Below are positions 21,001 to 32,101 of a stretch of 64,000 nucleotides of DNA, piece after piece. The stretch lies in contig CBDCWC010000002.1 in the NCBI GenBank assembly GCA_965223295.1, forward strand, positions 64,001-128,000, written 5' to 3'. The notes beneath the pieces are model-generated. The model worked only from the letters and a program-made list of their open reading frames with translations. It was not told where the DNA came from and did no database searches. Position 1 is the first letter of the stretch; each line of letters opens with the position of its first letter. Position numbers and translations under genes: made by a program. The stretch is from Nitrospirales bacterium. Its GTDB lineage: Bacteria; Nitrospirota; Nitrospiria; Nitrospirales; UBA8639.

Positions 21001-24000
21001 CCTCCGCGACCGGGAACTTTGTCCAAGGGAATTTCATTGGAACAGATATTACCGGAACATTAGCGCTTGGCAATGGGGATGGGGTTCGGATTGAAAATGG
21101 GGCGAGTAATAATACCATTGGCGGTTCCACCGCTGGAGTACGCAATATTATTTCAGGCAATACGAGTGACGGGATTGAAATATCTGGAGCAACTTCCACG
21201 GGCAACATTGTGCAGGGTAATTATATTGGTACGGACGTGACCGGCACAGTTGATCTGGGAAATAATGTGGCCGGTATTCGGCTCAATGGGGCGAATAATA
21301 TTATTGGTGGGACGACGGCCGGAGAGGGCAATGTGATTGCTGGGAATAGTTCTGGGATTACCATTGCCTCAACCGATGCGACGGGGAACACGATTGAAGG
21401 GAATTATATTGGCACGGATGCCACGGGTACGGCGGCATTGGGAAATTCGTTTGGTATTTGGGTGACGGCAGGGTCAAGCAACGTTATTGGGGGCACCGTA
21501 TCTGGAGCGGGTAATGTAATTGCCGGGAATACCAATCATGGTATTTATCTGCTTGGAAGTGGGACAACAGGAAACCTTGTTCAGGGAAATTATATCGGCA
21601 CGACGTCTGGAAGCCTTGCCCTTGGTAATGGTGGAGCTGGGGTGTTTGTGAGTAGTGGAGCGTCAAGCAATATCATTGGCGGAACGAGTGTTGGTGCGCG
21701 CAATGTGATATCTGGTAATACAAGTGATGGAATCTATGTTACTGGGGCAGGGACAGACGACAACGTCATTCAGGGTAATTTTATTGGGACGAATGTGGCT
21801 GGAACTGCGGCCCTTGGGAATGGTGATCGAGGTATTCAAATCGAAGATAACGCCTCCAATACGCAAATTGGTGGCACTGCAGCTGGTGCGGGTAATGTGA
21901 TTTCTGGGAATAGCAACGATGGCATCATCCTATCGAATTCCTCTACTGGCAGCATCATTGAGGGGAATTTTATTGGCACTGATCTGACCGGAACAACCAA
22001 TATTGGCAATGGCGCCTGGGGCATACGAATAACGAATTCCAGTGGTAACACCATAGGAGGAACAGAGGTTGATGCCGGAAACGCCATTGCGTACAACGCG
22101 CAAGCAGGTATCGGACTCCAGGACACGTCTGGTGCTGGCAATAGTATTCTCGGTAATGCGATCTACTTGAATTCGGGGATAGGGATTGATCTTGGAATTG
22201 ATGGCGTGACCGCTAATGATACGGGAGATGGGGATACGGGGCCTAATGATCTGCAAAATTTCCCGGTGTTAACTTCCGTGTACACAGATGGGTCCAATCT
22301 GAATGTGATTGGTACTTTTAACAGCACGGCCAGCACGACCTATCGCATCGAATTTTTTGCCAGTACGACGGCGGATGGCTCAGGCTATGGAGAAGCGGAA
22401 CGCTATCTCGGCTTTGCCACGGTCACGACTGATGGAAGTGGCAATGCCATCTTCAATGCCACGCTCGCTGCAGCTGTAGGCCTTGGCGAATTTGTCACGG
22501 CCACGGCTACAGTTGATCTTGGTGGAGGCAATTATGAGAATACGTCGGAGTTTGCCGCTAACGTAGCAGCGGGAAATCCAATTCCCTTCATTGACCTTGA
22601 TGCTGATGACAGTTCGGGTGCCGGCATCACCAACTTCGTGACGAGTTTTACAGAAGACGGTGGGCCAGTCACATTGGCCGATAGTGATGCTACCCTTACG
22701 GACCTGGATAGCGCCAATCTCACTTCTCTTACTGTCACGATTACCAACTTACAGGATGGAGCTTTTGAACTCTTAGCGGCTGATACAACGGGGACCAATA
22801 TCACCGCGAGCTATGATAGTGGGACAGGCGTTCTCACATTGAGTGGTACGGATACCGTCGCCAATTATGAACAGGTGTTGCGCACCGTCATGTATGACAA
22901 CACCTCTGATAGCCCAACAACAACGACCAGGGTCATTCAGTTTCAAGCCAACGACGGGACCTACTCAGGAAATGTTGCGACCACGAATCTTACGGTAACT
23001 GCCGTCAATGATGCGCCGGTGAACACGGTACCGGGCGCGCAGACGGTGGCGGAAGATACCTCGCTGGCTATCAGTGGCATTTCCGTGACCGATGTGGACG
23101 GCAACCTCTCGACGGTGCAGCTGAGCGTGACGAACGGGACCTTAAACGTCACGCTCTCGGGCAGTGCTACGATCAGCGCGGGAGCCAATGGGAGTAATAC
23201 CCTGACGCTCTCGGGGTCCCATGCTGACATCAATGCGACGTTGACGTCGCTGAGCTATCAAGGGACCCTGAACTATACCGGCAGCGATACGCTGACCATC
23301 ACGAGCACGGATGGTAACTCGGCGACGGATGTGGACACGGTGGCCATCACGGTGACCAACGTGGATGATGCGGCGACCATTGGCGGGCAGACGAGCTACA
23401 GTGGCAACGAAGGCGACGTGGGCAGCGGCACCATGACGGCCACCGACCCGGATGGGCTGACCGACGGGACGTACTTCACGGTGACGACGCCGGCCAGTAA
23501 CGGCACCGCGGCCATTGACCCAGCGACGGGCGCGTGGACGTTTACGCCGACCGACCCCAACTGGTTTGGAACGGACAGCTTCACGGTGACGGTGACGGAC
23601 GATCAAGGGGGCACGACCACGCAAGTGATCTCGGTGACCCTCGCCAACGTGGATGATGCGGCGACCATTGGCGGGCAGACGAGCTACAGTGGCAACGAAG
23701 GCGACGTGGGCAGCGGCACCATGACGGCCACCGACCCGGATGGGCTGACCGACGGGACGTACTTCACGGTGACGACGCCGGCCAGTAACGGCACCGCGGC
23801 CATTGACCCAGCGACGGGCGCGTGGACGTTTACGCCGACCGACCCCAACTGGTTTGGAACGGACAGCTTCACGGTGACGGTGACGGACGATCAAGGGGGC
23901 ACGACCACGCAAGTGATCTCGGTGACCCTCGCCAACGTGGATGATGCGGCGACCATTGGCGGGCAGACGAGCTACAGTGGCAACGAAGGCGACGTGGGCA

Positions 24001-27000
24001 GCGGCACCATGACGGCCACCGACCCGGATGGGCTGACCGACGGGACGTACTTCACGGTGACGACGCCGGCCAGTAACGGCACCGCGGCCATTGACCCAGC
24101 GACGGGCGCGTGGACGTTTACGCCGACCGACCCCAACTGGTTTGGAACGGACAGCTTCACGGTGACGGTGACGGACGATCAAGGGGGCACGACCACGCAA
24201 GTGATCTCGGTGACCCTCGCCAACGTGGATGATGCGGCGACCATTGGCGGGCAGACGAGCTACAGTGGCAACGAAGGCGACGTGGGCAGCGGCACCATGA
24301 CGGCCACCGACCCGGATGGGCTGACCGACGGGACGTACTTCACGGTGACGACGCCGGCCAGTAACGGCACCGCGGCCATTGACCCAGCGACGGGCGCGTG
24401 GACGTTTACGCCGACCGACCCCAACTGGTTTGGAACGGACAGCTTCACGGTGACGGTGACGGACGATCAAGGGGGCACGACCACGCAAGTGATCTCGGTG
24501 ACCCTCGCCAACGTGGATGATGCGGCGACCATTGGCGGGCAGACGAGCTACAGTGGCAAGAAGGCGACGTGGGCAGCGGCACCATGACGGCCACCGACCC
24601 GGATGGGCTGACCGACGGGACGTACTTCACGGTGACGACGCCGGCCAGTAACGGCACCGCGGCCATTGACCCAGCGACGGGCGCGTGGACGTTTACGCCG
24701 ACCGACCCCAACTGGTTTGGAACGGACAGCTTCACGGTGACGGTGACGGACGATCAAGGGGGCACGACCACGCAAGTGATCTCGGTGACCCTCGCCAACG
24801 TGGATGATGCGGCGACCATTGGCGGGCAGACGAGCTACAGTGGCAACGAAGGCGACGTGGGCAGCGGCACCATGACGGCCACCGACCCGGATGGGCTGAC
24901 CGACGGGACGTACTTCACGGTGACGACGCCGGCCAGTAACGGCACCGCGGCCATTGACCCAGCGACGGGCGCGTGGACGTTTACGCCGACCGACCCCAAC
25001 TGGTTTGGAACGGACAGCTTCACGGTGACGGTGACGGACGATCAAGGGGGCACGACCACGCAAGTGATCTCGGTGACCCTCGCCAACGTGGATGATGCGG
25101 CGACCATTGGCGGGCAGACGAGCTACAGTGGCAACGAAGGCGACGTGGGCAGCGGCACCATGACGGCCACCGACCCGGATGGGCTGACCGACGGGACGTA
25201 CTTCACGGTGACGACGCCGGCCAGTAACGGCACCGCGGCCATTGACCCAGCGACGGGCGCGTGGACGTTTACGCCGACCGACCCCAACTGGTTTGGAACG
25301 GACAGCTTCACGGTGACGGTGACGGACGATCAAGGGGGCACGACCACGCAAGTGATCTCGGTGACCCTCGCCAACGTGGATGATGCGGCGACCATTGGCG
25401 GGCAGACGAGCTACAGTGGCAACGAAGGCGACGTGGGCAGCGGCACCATGACGGCCACCGACCCGGATGGGCTGACCGACGGGACGTACTTCACGGTGAC
25501 GACGCCGGCCAGTAACGGCACCGCGGCCATTGACCCAGCGACGGGCGCGTGGATCGTTTACGCCGACCGACCCCAACTGGTTTGGAACGGACAGCTTCAC
25601 GGTGACGGTGACGGACGATCAAGGGGGCACGACCACGCAAGTGATCTCGGTGACCCTCGCCAACGTGGATGATGCGGCGACCATTGGCGGGCAGACGAGC
25701 TACAGTGGCAACGAAGGCGACGTGGGCAGCGGCACCATGACGGCCACCGACCCGGATGGGCTGACCGACGGGACGTACTTCACGGTGACGACGCCGGCCA
25801 GTAACGGCACCGCGGCCATTGACCCAGCGACGGGCGCGTGGACGTTTACGCCGACCGACCCCAACTGGTTTGGAACGGACAGCTTCACGGTGACGGTGAC
25901 GGACGATCAAGGGGGCACGACCACGCAAGTGATCTCGGTGACCCTCGCCAACGTGGATGATGCGGCGACCATTGGCGGGCAGACGAGCTACAGTGGCAAC
26001 GAAGGCGACGTGGGCAGCGGCACCATGACGGCCACCGACCCGGATGGGCTGACCGACGGGACGTACTTCACGGTGACGACGCCGGCCAGTAACGGCACCG
26101 CGGCCATTGACCCAGCGACGGGCGCGTGGACGTTTACGCCGACCGACCCCAACTGGTTTGGAACGGACAGCTTCACGGTGACGGTGACGGACGATCAAGG
26201 GGGCACGACCACGCAAGTGATCTCGGTGACCCTCGCCAACGTGGATGATGCGGCGACCATTGGCGGGCAGACGAGCTACAGTGGCAACGAAGGCGACGTG
26301 GGCAGCGGCACCATGACGGCCACCGACCCGGATGGGCTGACCGACGGGACGTACTTCACGGTGACGACGCCGGCCAGTAACGGCACCGCGGCCATTGACC
26401 CAGCGACGGGCGCGTGGACGTTTACGCCGACCGACCCCAACTGGTTTGGAACGGACAGCTTCACGGTGACGGTGACGGACGATCAAGGGGGCACGACCAC
26501 GCAAGTGATCTCGGTGACCCTCGCCAACGTGGATGATGCGGCGACCATTGGCGGGCAGACGAGCTACAGTGGCAACGAAGGCGACGTGGGCAGCGGCACC
26601 ATGACGGCCACCGACCCGGATGGGCTGACCGACGGGACGTACTTCACGGTGACGACGCCGGCCAGTAACGGCACCGCGGCCATTGACCCAGCGACGGGCG
26701 CGTGGACGTTTACGCCGACCGACCCCAACTGGTTTGGAACGGACAGCTTCACGGTGACGGTGACGGACGATCAAGGGGGCACGACCACGCAAGTGATCTC
26801 GGTGACCCTCGCCAACGTGGATGATGCGGCGACCATTGGCGGGCAGACGAGCTACAGTGGCAACGAAGGCGACGTGGGCAGCGGCACCATGACGGCCACC
26901 GACCCGGATGGGCTGACCGACGGGACGTACTTCACGGTGACGACGCCGGCCAGTAACGGCACCGCGGCCATTGACCCAGCGACGGGCGCGTGGACGTTTA

Positions 27001-29027
27001 CGCCGACCGACCCCAACTGGTTTGGAACGGACAGCTTCACGGTGACGGTGACGGACGATCAAGGGGGCACGACCACGCAAGTGATCTCGGTGACCCTCGC
27101 CAACGTGGATGATGCGGCGACCATTGGCGGGCAGACGAGCTACAGTGGCAACGAAGGCGACGTGGGCAGCGGCACCATGACGGCCACCGACCCGGATGGG
27201 CTGACCGACGGGACGTACTTCACGGTGACGACGCCGGCCAGTAACGGCACCGCGGCCATTGACCCAGCGACGGGCGCGTGGACGTTTACGCCGACCGACC
27301 CCAACTGGTTTGGAACGGACAGCTTCACGGTGACGGTGACGGACGATCAAGGGGGCACGACCACGCAAGTGATCTCGGTGACCCTCGCCAACGTGGATGA
27401 TGCGGCGACCATTGGCGGGCAGACGAGCTACAGTGGCAACGAAGGCGACGTGGGCAGCGGCACCATGACGGCCACCGACCCGGATGGGCTGACCGACGGG
27501 ACGTACTTCACGGTGACGACGCCGGCCAGTAACGGCACCGCGGCCATTGACCCAGCGACGGGCGCGTGGACGTTTACGCCGACCGACCCCAACTGGTTTG
27601 GAACGGACAGCTTCACGGTGACGGTGACGGACGATCAAGGGGGCACGACCACGCAAGTGATCAGCGTGACGTTGGCGAACGTGAACGATGGGCCAGTGGC
27701 GAACGACGATAGTTTTACCACTCTAGAAGACACTCCGATTTCTGCAACACTTGGGACAGGAGTCTTAGCCAATGATACCGATGTGGATGGAGATTCGTTA
27801 ACCGTTAACACAATTCCTATCATGGACGTCTCAAATGGGGCATTAGTTCTGAATACCGATGGCAGCTTTACCTATACACCGAATATCGGCTGGAGTGGAA
27901 CGGATACCTTTACCTATCAGATTACGGATGGTAATGGAGGCAGTGCGCAGGCCACCGTGACCCTTACGGTAGTCAGTGTGAACGATTCCCCGGTCTTCAC
28001 GTCGCATGGTGGTGGAGCCACCGCTGGTGTCAGCGTTGCGGAGAATCTGACCAATGTGGCGGCCATGACGGCGATGGATCCCGATGGGGATCCCTTGACC
28101 TATAGCATTGTGGGAGGCGAGGATGCCGCTCGTTTCACGGTCGATGCGACGACAGGGGCACTAAGGTTTATGAGCGCTCCAGATTTTGAGCATCCAACTG
28201 ACGTCGGCGGAGACAATGTGTATGAAGTGCAGGTGCAGGTGAGTGATGGGCGGGGGGGTGCGACTCTCCAAACGCTAACCGTGTCGGTGACGGACGTCGC
28301 GGAGGGCTTGGTCCTGCTACCGGATCCCACCCCGGATCCCACTCCGGAGCCGACGCCGGAACCAGAGCTGATGCCCGAGGTAGAGGCCGAAATAGCAATG
28401 TTGGCACCCAGTGGTTCCGGGGGAGAAGGCGAGGGGAGCCGCGAAGGGACATATGCGGAGCTAGCCAGTCGAGGGCTGGAAGACCAAGCCCAGGTTGGAA
28501 CCGACCGTGAGGTGGTGGATGTGCGGAACTTGCCGCCGCTACTGCGACCAGGGGCCTGGGCCACCACGTCCGACCAGATTCGGTCCTATTATCCCGATCC
28601 GGTAGATATGACGAAAACAGCATTGCCGACTGAATTTCTTCAGCAATTGAGTACATTTTCCGATGAATTAGGAGAGACAATGGACGAGCAGACCACGGCC
28701 CGGTCCATGTTCGTGAACATGGTGAAGAGTACGGGGCTGGCGCTGTGGACAGGAATTGTGGCTTGGATGGTCCGAGGCGGCGCGTTACTAACAGGCTTGA
28801 TGGCAGCGGCTCTCCCGGCGTGGCGGCAGTTTGATCCGGTGCCGATTCTGCGGATGGATAAAAAGGACCAGGAAGCCTGGTCTCGCCGAGTGAAGGAAGC
28901 GGCCACAATGGAAGCCCGAGAACATCAGGGGTTAGATCAGATTCTTCAGGATGCGGGTAAAGAATCCTCTCCGTCTACATACGAAACGTCATCTGCGAAG
29001 AATACAAAATTCACATCACAGTCTTAG
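12021..29027 (+). CDS. Giant DUF4347 adhesin 2 (about 5668 aa if the two indels are corrected): LEPR motif, DUF4347, LamG/pentraxin domains, Ig/cadherin repeats, parallel beta-helix, 15 tandem Ig-like repeats, cadherin, Pro-rich linker, hydrophobic C-terminus
   Basis: ORFs 12021-24587, 24569-25672 and 25530-29027 are joined by a 1-bp deletion (24559/24560) and a 1-bp insertion (25554) inside the repeat array. Total span is 17007 nt = 5669 codons, and the first and last pieces are in the same frame. Confidence 0.88.
23358..27677 (+). repeat. Intragenic tandem array: 15 x 288 bp (96-aa Ig/cadherin-like unit)
   Basis: Unit starts AACGTGGATGATGCGGCGACC at 23358, 23646, 23934, 24222, 24510, 24797, 25085, 25373, 25662, 25950, 26238, 26526, 26814, 27102 and 27390. 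Copies appear identical apart from two 1-bp indels and the tail of the last unit. Confidence 0.97.
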
Positions 29028-29072
29028 TTCACGACTCATCGTATTTTCTCAGCGAAGTTGTTCCTTGAGAGG

Positions 29073-29194
29073 GGGTCGGTTCAAAAAAGTCCGTCCAACA
29101 AGGCCACAGCCATTTTTGCGCGCGGAGCGTGCTGGTCCTACGTGAGCAAGGAAAAAGGGCGAGAACGCCGCTGACAGCTTTTTTCAACAGACCC
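29073..29194 (+). mobile_element. MITE-like repeat copy 1 (core only)
   Basis: Imperfect terminal inverted repeats GGGTCGGTTCAAAAAAG ... CTTTTTTCAACAGACCC; core CAAGGCCACAGCCATTTTTGCGCGCGGAGCGT shared with copies 3, 4 and 6. Confidence 0.8.
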
Positions 29195-29683
29195 CTGTTG
29201 GTATCAGGCTCTTGGGCCACAACCTCTGACCAAATTCAAGCTAACTACCCGGATCCGGTGGATATGACAAAAACAGCATAGCCGACCGAATTCCTTCAGC
29301 GATTGAATTCGTTTTCCGATGAATGAAGGAAGAACCTGCAAGAAGAGACAGGTGCCTGCTCCATGTTGGTCAATATGGTAAAGAATCAGGGGGTGGTGCC
29401 CTCAACCGAGATTGTAGCCTGGATGGTTCGAGTTGGCATGTTGCTGACGAGGTTTATGGAGGCGGCAGTTCCAGCCTGTCGCCAATTTGATCCAGTGCCG
29501 ATATTGGGCATGGGTAAAAAGGGCCGAGAAACCTGGATCCGACGAGTAAAGGAAACCGCAACAATGGAACGTTGCAAATACCAAGGATTAGACCAAATTC
29601 TTCAAAAAGCTGAGAAAGAGGCACCGGCTTTGATTTTGGGAAAGACTGCATCAGATACGCCGCGAACGATGACTTTCTCATGA
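29195..29683 (+). pseudogene. Degraded paralogous adhesin C-terminus
   Basis: Colinear with 28539-29027 (both 489 nt): LLVSGSWATTSDQIQANYPDPVDMTKTA*PTEFLQRLNSFSDE*...FDPVPILGM; in-frame stops at 29279 (TAG) and 29324 (TGA). Confidence 0.88.
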
Positions 29684-31191
29684 AGCGTCCTACTCCACTA
29701 CTTTGGATTAGTTTTGGCCTTGTTTCGCTTACGCTCAGTATCCTTTTAATGAGCGACCTAGCCGTTGATTTGATCCCTGATCAAGCCGTCGAAATTTTTG
29801 AATATCGACAAAAATATAGCGAGGCTCTTGCGGTGCAATATTCTTTGTTGGCAGAAAATGGGGATAGTCGCGCGATTCAAGAAGCCTTTGATCTCTTAGT
29901 GGAACGGAATGACGATATCCTGTCTGCTGCGGTTGTCCTAAGTGACGGGGATCTGTTGGCCTTTGCTGGAAGGCATCAGGAGGTCTGGGAACAGCCGCCG
30001 GGTGATTCTTCAACTTCTGACCACATTCAAGTTCCAATTTTCAATGGGGCAGACCGCTGGGGAACGGTTCAACTCCGGTTTCGTACGCTTGAGAATGGTA
30101 GTTGGAGTGAGTGGCTCAACGATCCATGGACTCGATTTTTAGGTATGGTGGTAGGAGCAACGTTTTTGGGGTATTTTTTGTATATGAAACGGACTCTTCG
30201 CCAACTTGATCCCAGTGCAGTGGTGCCTCTGCGGGTGAAGGCCGCTTTTGATGTGCTGACCGAAGGCGTAGTGTTATTGAACAATCAAGGAGACATTGTG
30301 TTGGCTAACCGTGCTTTTGGGAAAGTTGTGAATCAAGATCCCAGTGAGATGCTCGGGAAGCGTTTAGATGAATTTTCCTGGACCTCGGTTCCTCCGGCGC
30401 CACCCTTAACGCAATTACCGTGGGTTACGGCTCGACAGGATAAGTGCTTGGAGTTGGATGTGCCCATCATGCTTCCTGATCCTTCAGGCAAGTTACTGAA
30501 ATTTCGTGTCAATTGTACGCCGATTTTGAATGAACAAGAACGGGTCCAGGGGATGTTAGTGTCGCTTGATGACGTAACCAAGCTGGAAGAAACGATTCGC
30601 GAGTTAGAATCTTCCAAAGCCGAGTTAGAAACCTTGGCAATGCGTGATCCTCTTACTGGGTGTTTTAATCGCCGTGCCCTGTTTGAAGCCTTTGAAGATC
30701 TTTGCAGGGTAAGCCTTGCTAGCGGACAAGATCTTGGATGTATTATGACGGATATTGACCATTTCAAATCCTTTAATGATCGATTTGGTCATGCTGTTGG
30801 AGACCAGGTCATTCAAGTCGTCTCGAATATCCTCACTGAGACGATAAGGCCAACCGACATTATTAGTCGGTATGGGGGAGAGGAATTCTGTATCTTATTG
30901 CCTGGGCAAGGTCCAGAGGGAACAGCAATGGCGGCTGAACGTCTTCGTCTTGCTGTCGAAACTCAGGCTAACCAAATCATTCGGACAACCCATTCAACCA
31001 AGATTACCATGAGTTTTGGTATTTCCTGTTTATCCCTAGGTTCGGCTGATGCATTAGAACTTGTCGATCAAGCGGATAAAGGTCTCTATGCGGCAAAACA
31101 GGGAGGGAGGAATCAGGTCGGACAGTGGACCCACACGGGTCCAGTAGCCGGATCGCTCTCTGCCGAAGAACTTGTCAGATTTTTATCGTGA
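29680..31191 (+). CDS. Membrane-bound sensor diguanylate cyclase (2 TM, periplasmic domain, PAS, GGDEF)
   Basis: 503 aa; DPLTGCFNRR, DIDHFKSFNDRFGH, RPTD I-site, RYGGEEF. Confidence 0.93.
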   Translation: MKRPTPLLWISFGLVSLTLSILLMSDLAVDLIPDQAVEIFEYRQKYSEALAVQYSLLAENGDSRAIQEAFDLLVERNDDILSAAVVLSDGDLLAFAGRHQEVWEQPPGDSSTSDHIQVPIFNGADRWGTVQLRFRTLENGSWSEWLNDPWTRFLGMVVGATFLGYFLYMKRTLRQLDPSAVVPLRVKAAFDVLTEGVVLLNNQGDIVLANRAFGKVVNQDPSEMLGKRLDEFSWTSVPPAPPLTQLPWVTARQDKCLELDVPIMLPDPSGKLLKFRVNCTPILNEQERVQGMLVSLDDVTKLEETIRELESSKAELETLAMRDPLTGCFNRRALFEAFEDLCRVSLASGQDLGCIMTDIDHFKSFNDRFGHAVGDQVIQVVSNILTETIRPTDIISRYGGEEFCILLPGQGPEGTAMAAERLRLAVETQANQIIRTTHSTKITMSFGISCLSLGSADALELVDQADKGLYAAKQGGRNQVGQWTHTGPVAGSLSAEELVRFLS

Positions 31192-31301
31192 AGATGCCCA
31201 GTGAACGAAAAATCTTGGGAGAAGGTGTCTGCCGGAAATTATCAACGTAGATAGGGTAGGGAGGATTTTTCGCGGGTTGCTCTTTGTGGAGTGTGCCGCT
31301 A

Positions 31302-32018
31302 TCACGTTTGAGGCTTCATGGCATGGTGCAAAGTGTCGGTGATCCATAGGTTAAAAAATCGGCGAGCGGATTGGTGGTAGTCGTTGAGTTTTGTTTGAAC
31401 ATCCGCTAAGGCGAATTGCCCCTCAACAAAAAAGTCGTGATCAATAAGATACCCCATTTCTTTGACGGGCTGGGCAATGGGGACCAAGCCGTGCCGTACA
31501 CAAACCAAATCGTTTCCTCCATTTAATCCCATAAGCACTTCACTGTGTGTTGCCTTCATTTCTCCAGCTGTTCCTGCCCAAGCTAAATCGCCTGTCCATT
31601 TAGTTTGGAGGAGGTGTGTCCATTCTTTCTTTGCCACGCCCAAAGCTGATTTGCGTATGATGTTGCGGAAACGTAAGCCGACTCGCGATAAAAATTGTGG
31701 GGGATATTCTTTCTCGAAAGCTGTCAGAGATTCTTGAAAGTATTGCGAAAAATTCTCCCATCCCTCGTATTGCCTGGCGACCAGAGTCAGGGCGCCTTTT
31801 CCTAACACAAGTTGTTTGCGTTGATCGGCACTTGTGAAATTATAAGCAGTTTTATCTTGTGTGAGGGAGAACATCGGTAGTTTGGCCTTAACCTTTTCTT
31901 GAAATCCTACAGGAGGAGCGGCTGAAATTTTCAGATTTTGGGGGAAAGTCAATTGACAGGTGACATCAATTAACGGGGCGTTTTCGTAGGTAACGGAAGA
32001 GGTTGAGATTCCGGTCAT
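31302..32018 (-). CDS. TIGR04255-family protein
   Basis: YENAPLIDVTCQLTFP, RVGLRFRNII and YLIDHD motifs; start moved to the ATG at 32018 (GAAGGAG RBS), which avoids overlap with the HDOD gene. Confidence 0.78.
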   Translation of the reverse strand: MTGISTSSVTYENAPLIDVTCQLTFPQNLKISAAPPVGFQEKVKAKLPMFSLTQDKTAYNFTSADQRKQLVLGKGALTLVARQYEGWENFSQYFQESLTAFEKEYPPQFLSRVGLRFRNIIRKSALGVAKKEWTHLLQTKWTGDLAWAGTAGEMKATHSEVLMGLNGGNDLVCVRHGLVPIAQPVKEMGYLIDHDFFVEGQFALADVQTKLNDYHQSARRFFNLWITDTLHHAMKPQT

Positions 32019-32101
32019 GAGAGGTTCTCCTTCGTGTGTTTTTTCGTAAGATGTTTTTCTAGAAAGGATAGAAGTTGAGTTCTTCGAAACCTCATAGGCA
32101 A

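Noticed and set aside
23142-27656. Long Arg-rich minus-strand ORFs (448, 350, 721 aa) and repeated 62-aa ORFs
   Set aside because: Antisense shadows of the GC-rich 288-bp coding repeat; their periodicity is fully explained by the plus-strand adhesin.
23358-27677. CRISPR array
   Set aside because: Units are 288 bp, contiguous, in frame and have no unique spacers; no cas genes are present.
28951-29220. Small ORFs over MITE copies (also 34901-35083, 38348-38587, 51689-52140)
   Set aside because: Translations of the repeat itself (shared KKAxSGVLA and TLRAQxWL strings); not independent genes.
28539-29683. Diversity-generating retroelement VR/TR pair
   Set aside because: Differences between the two copies involve all bases rather than adenines only, and there is no reverse transcriptase in the window.
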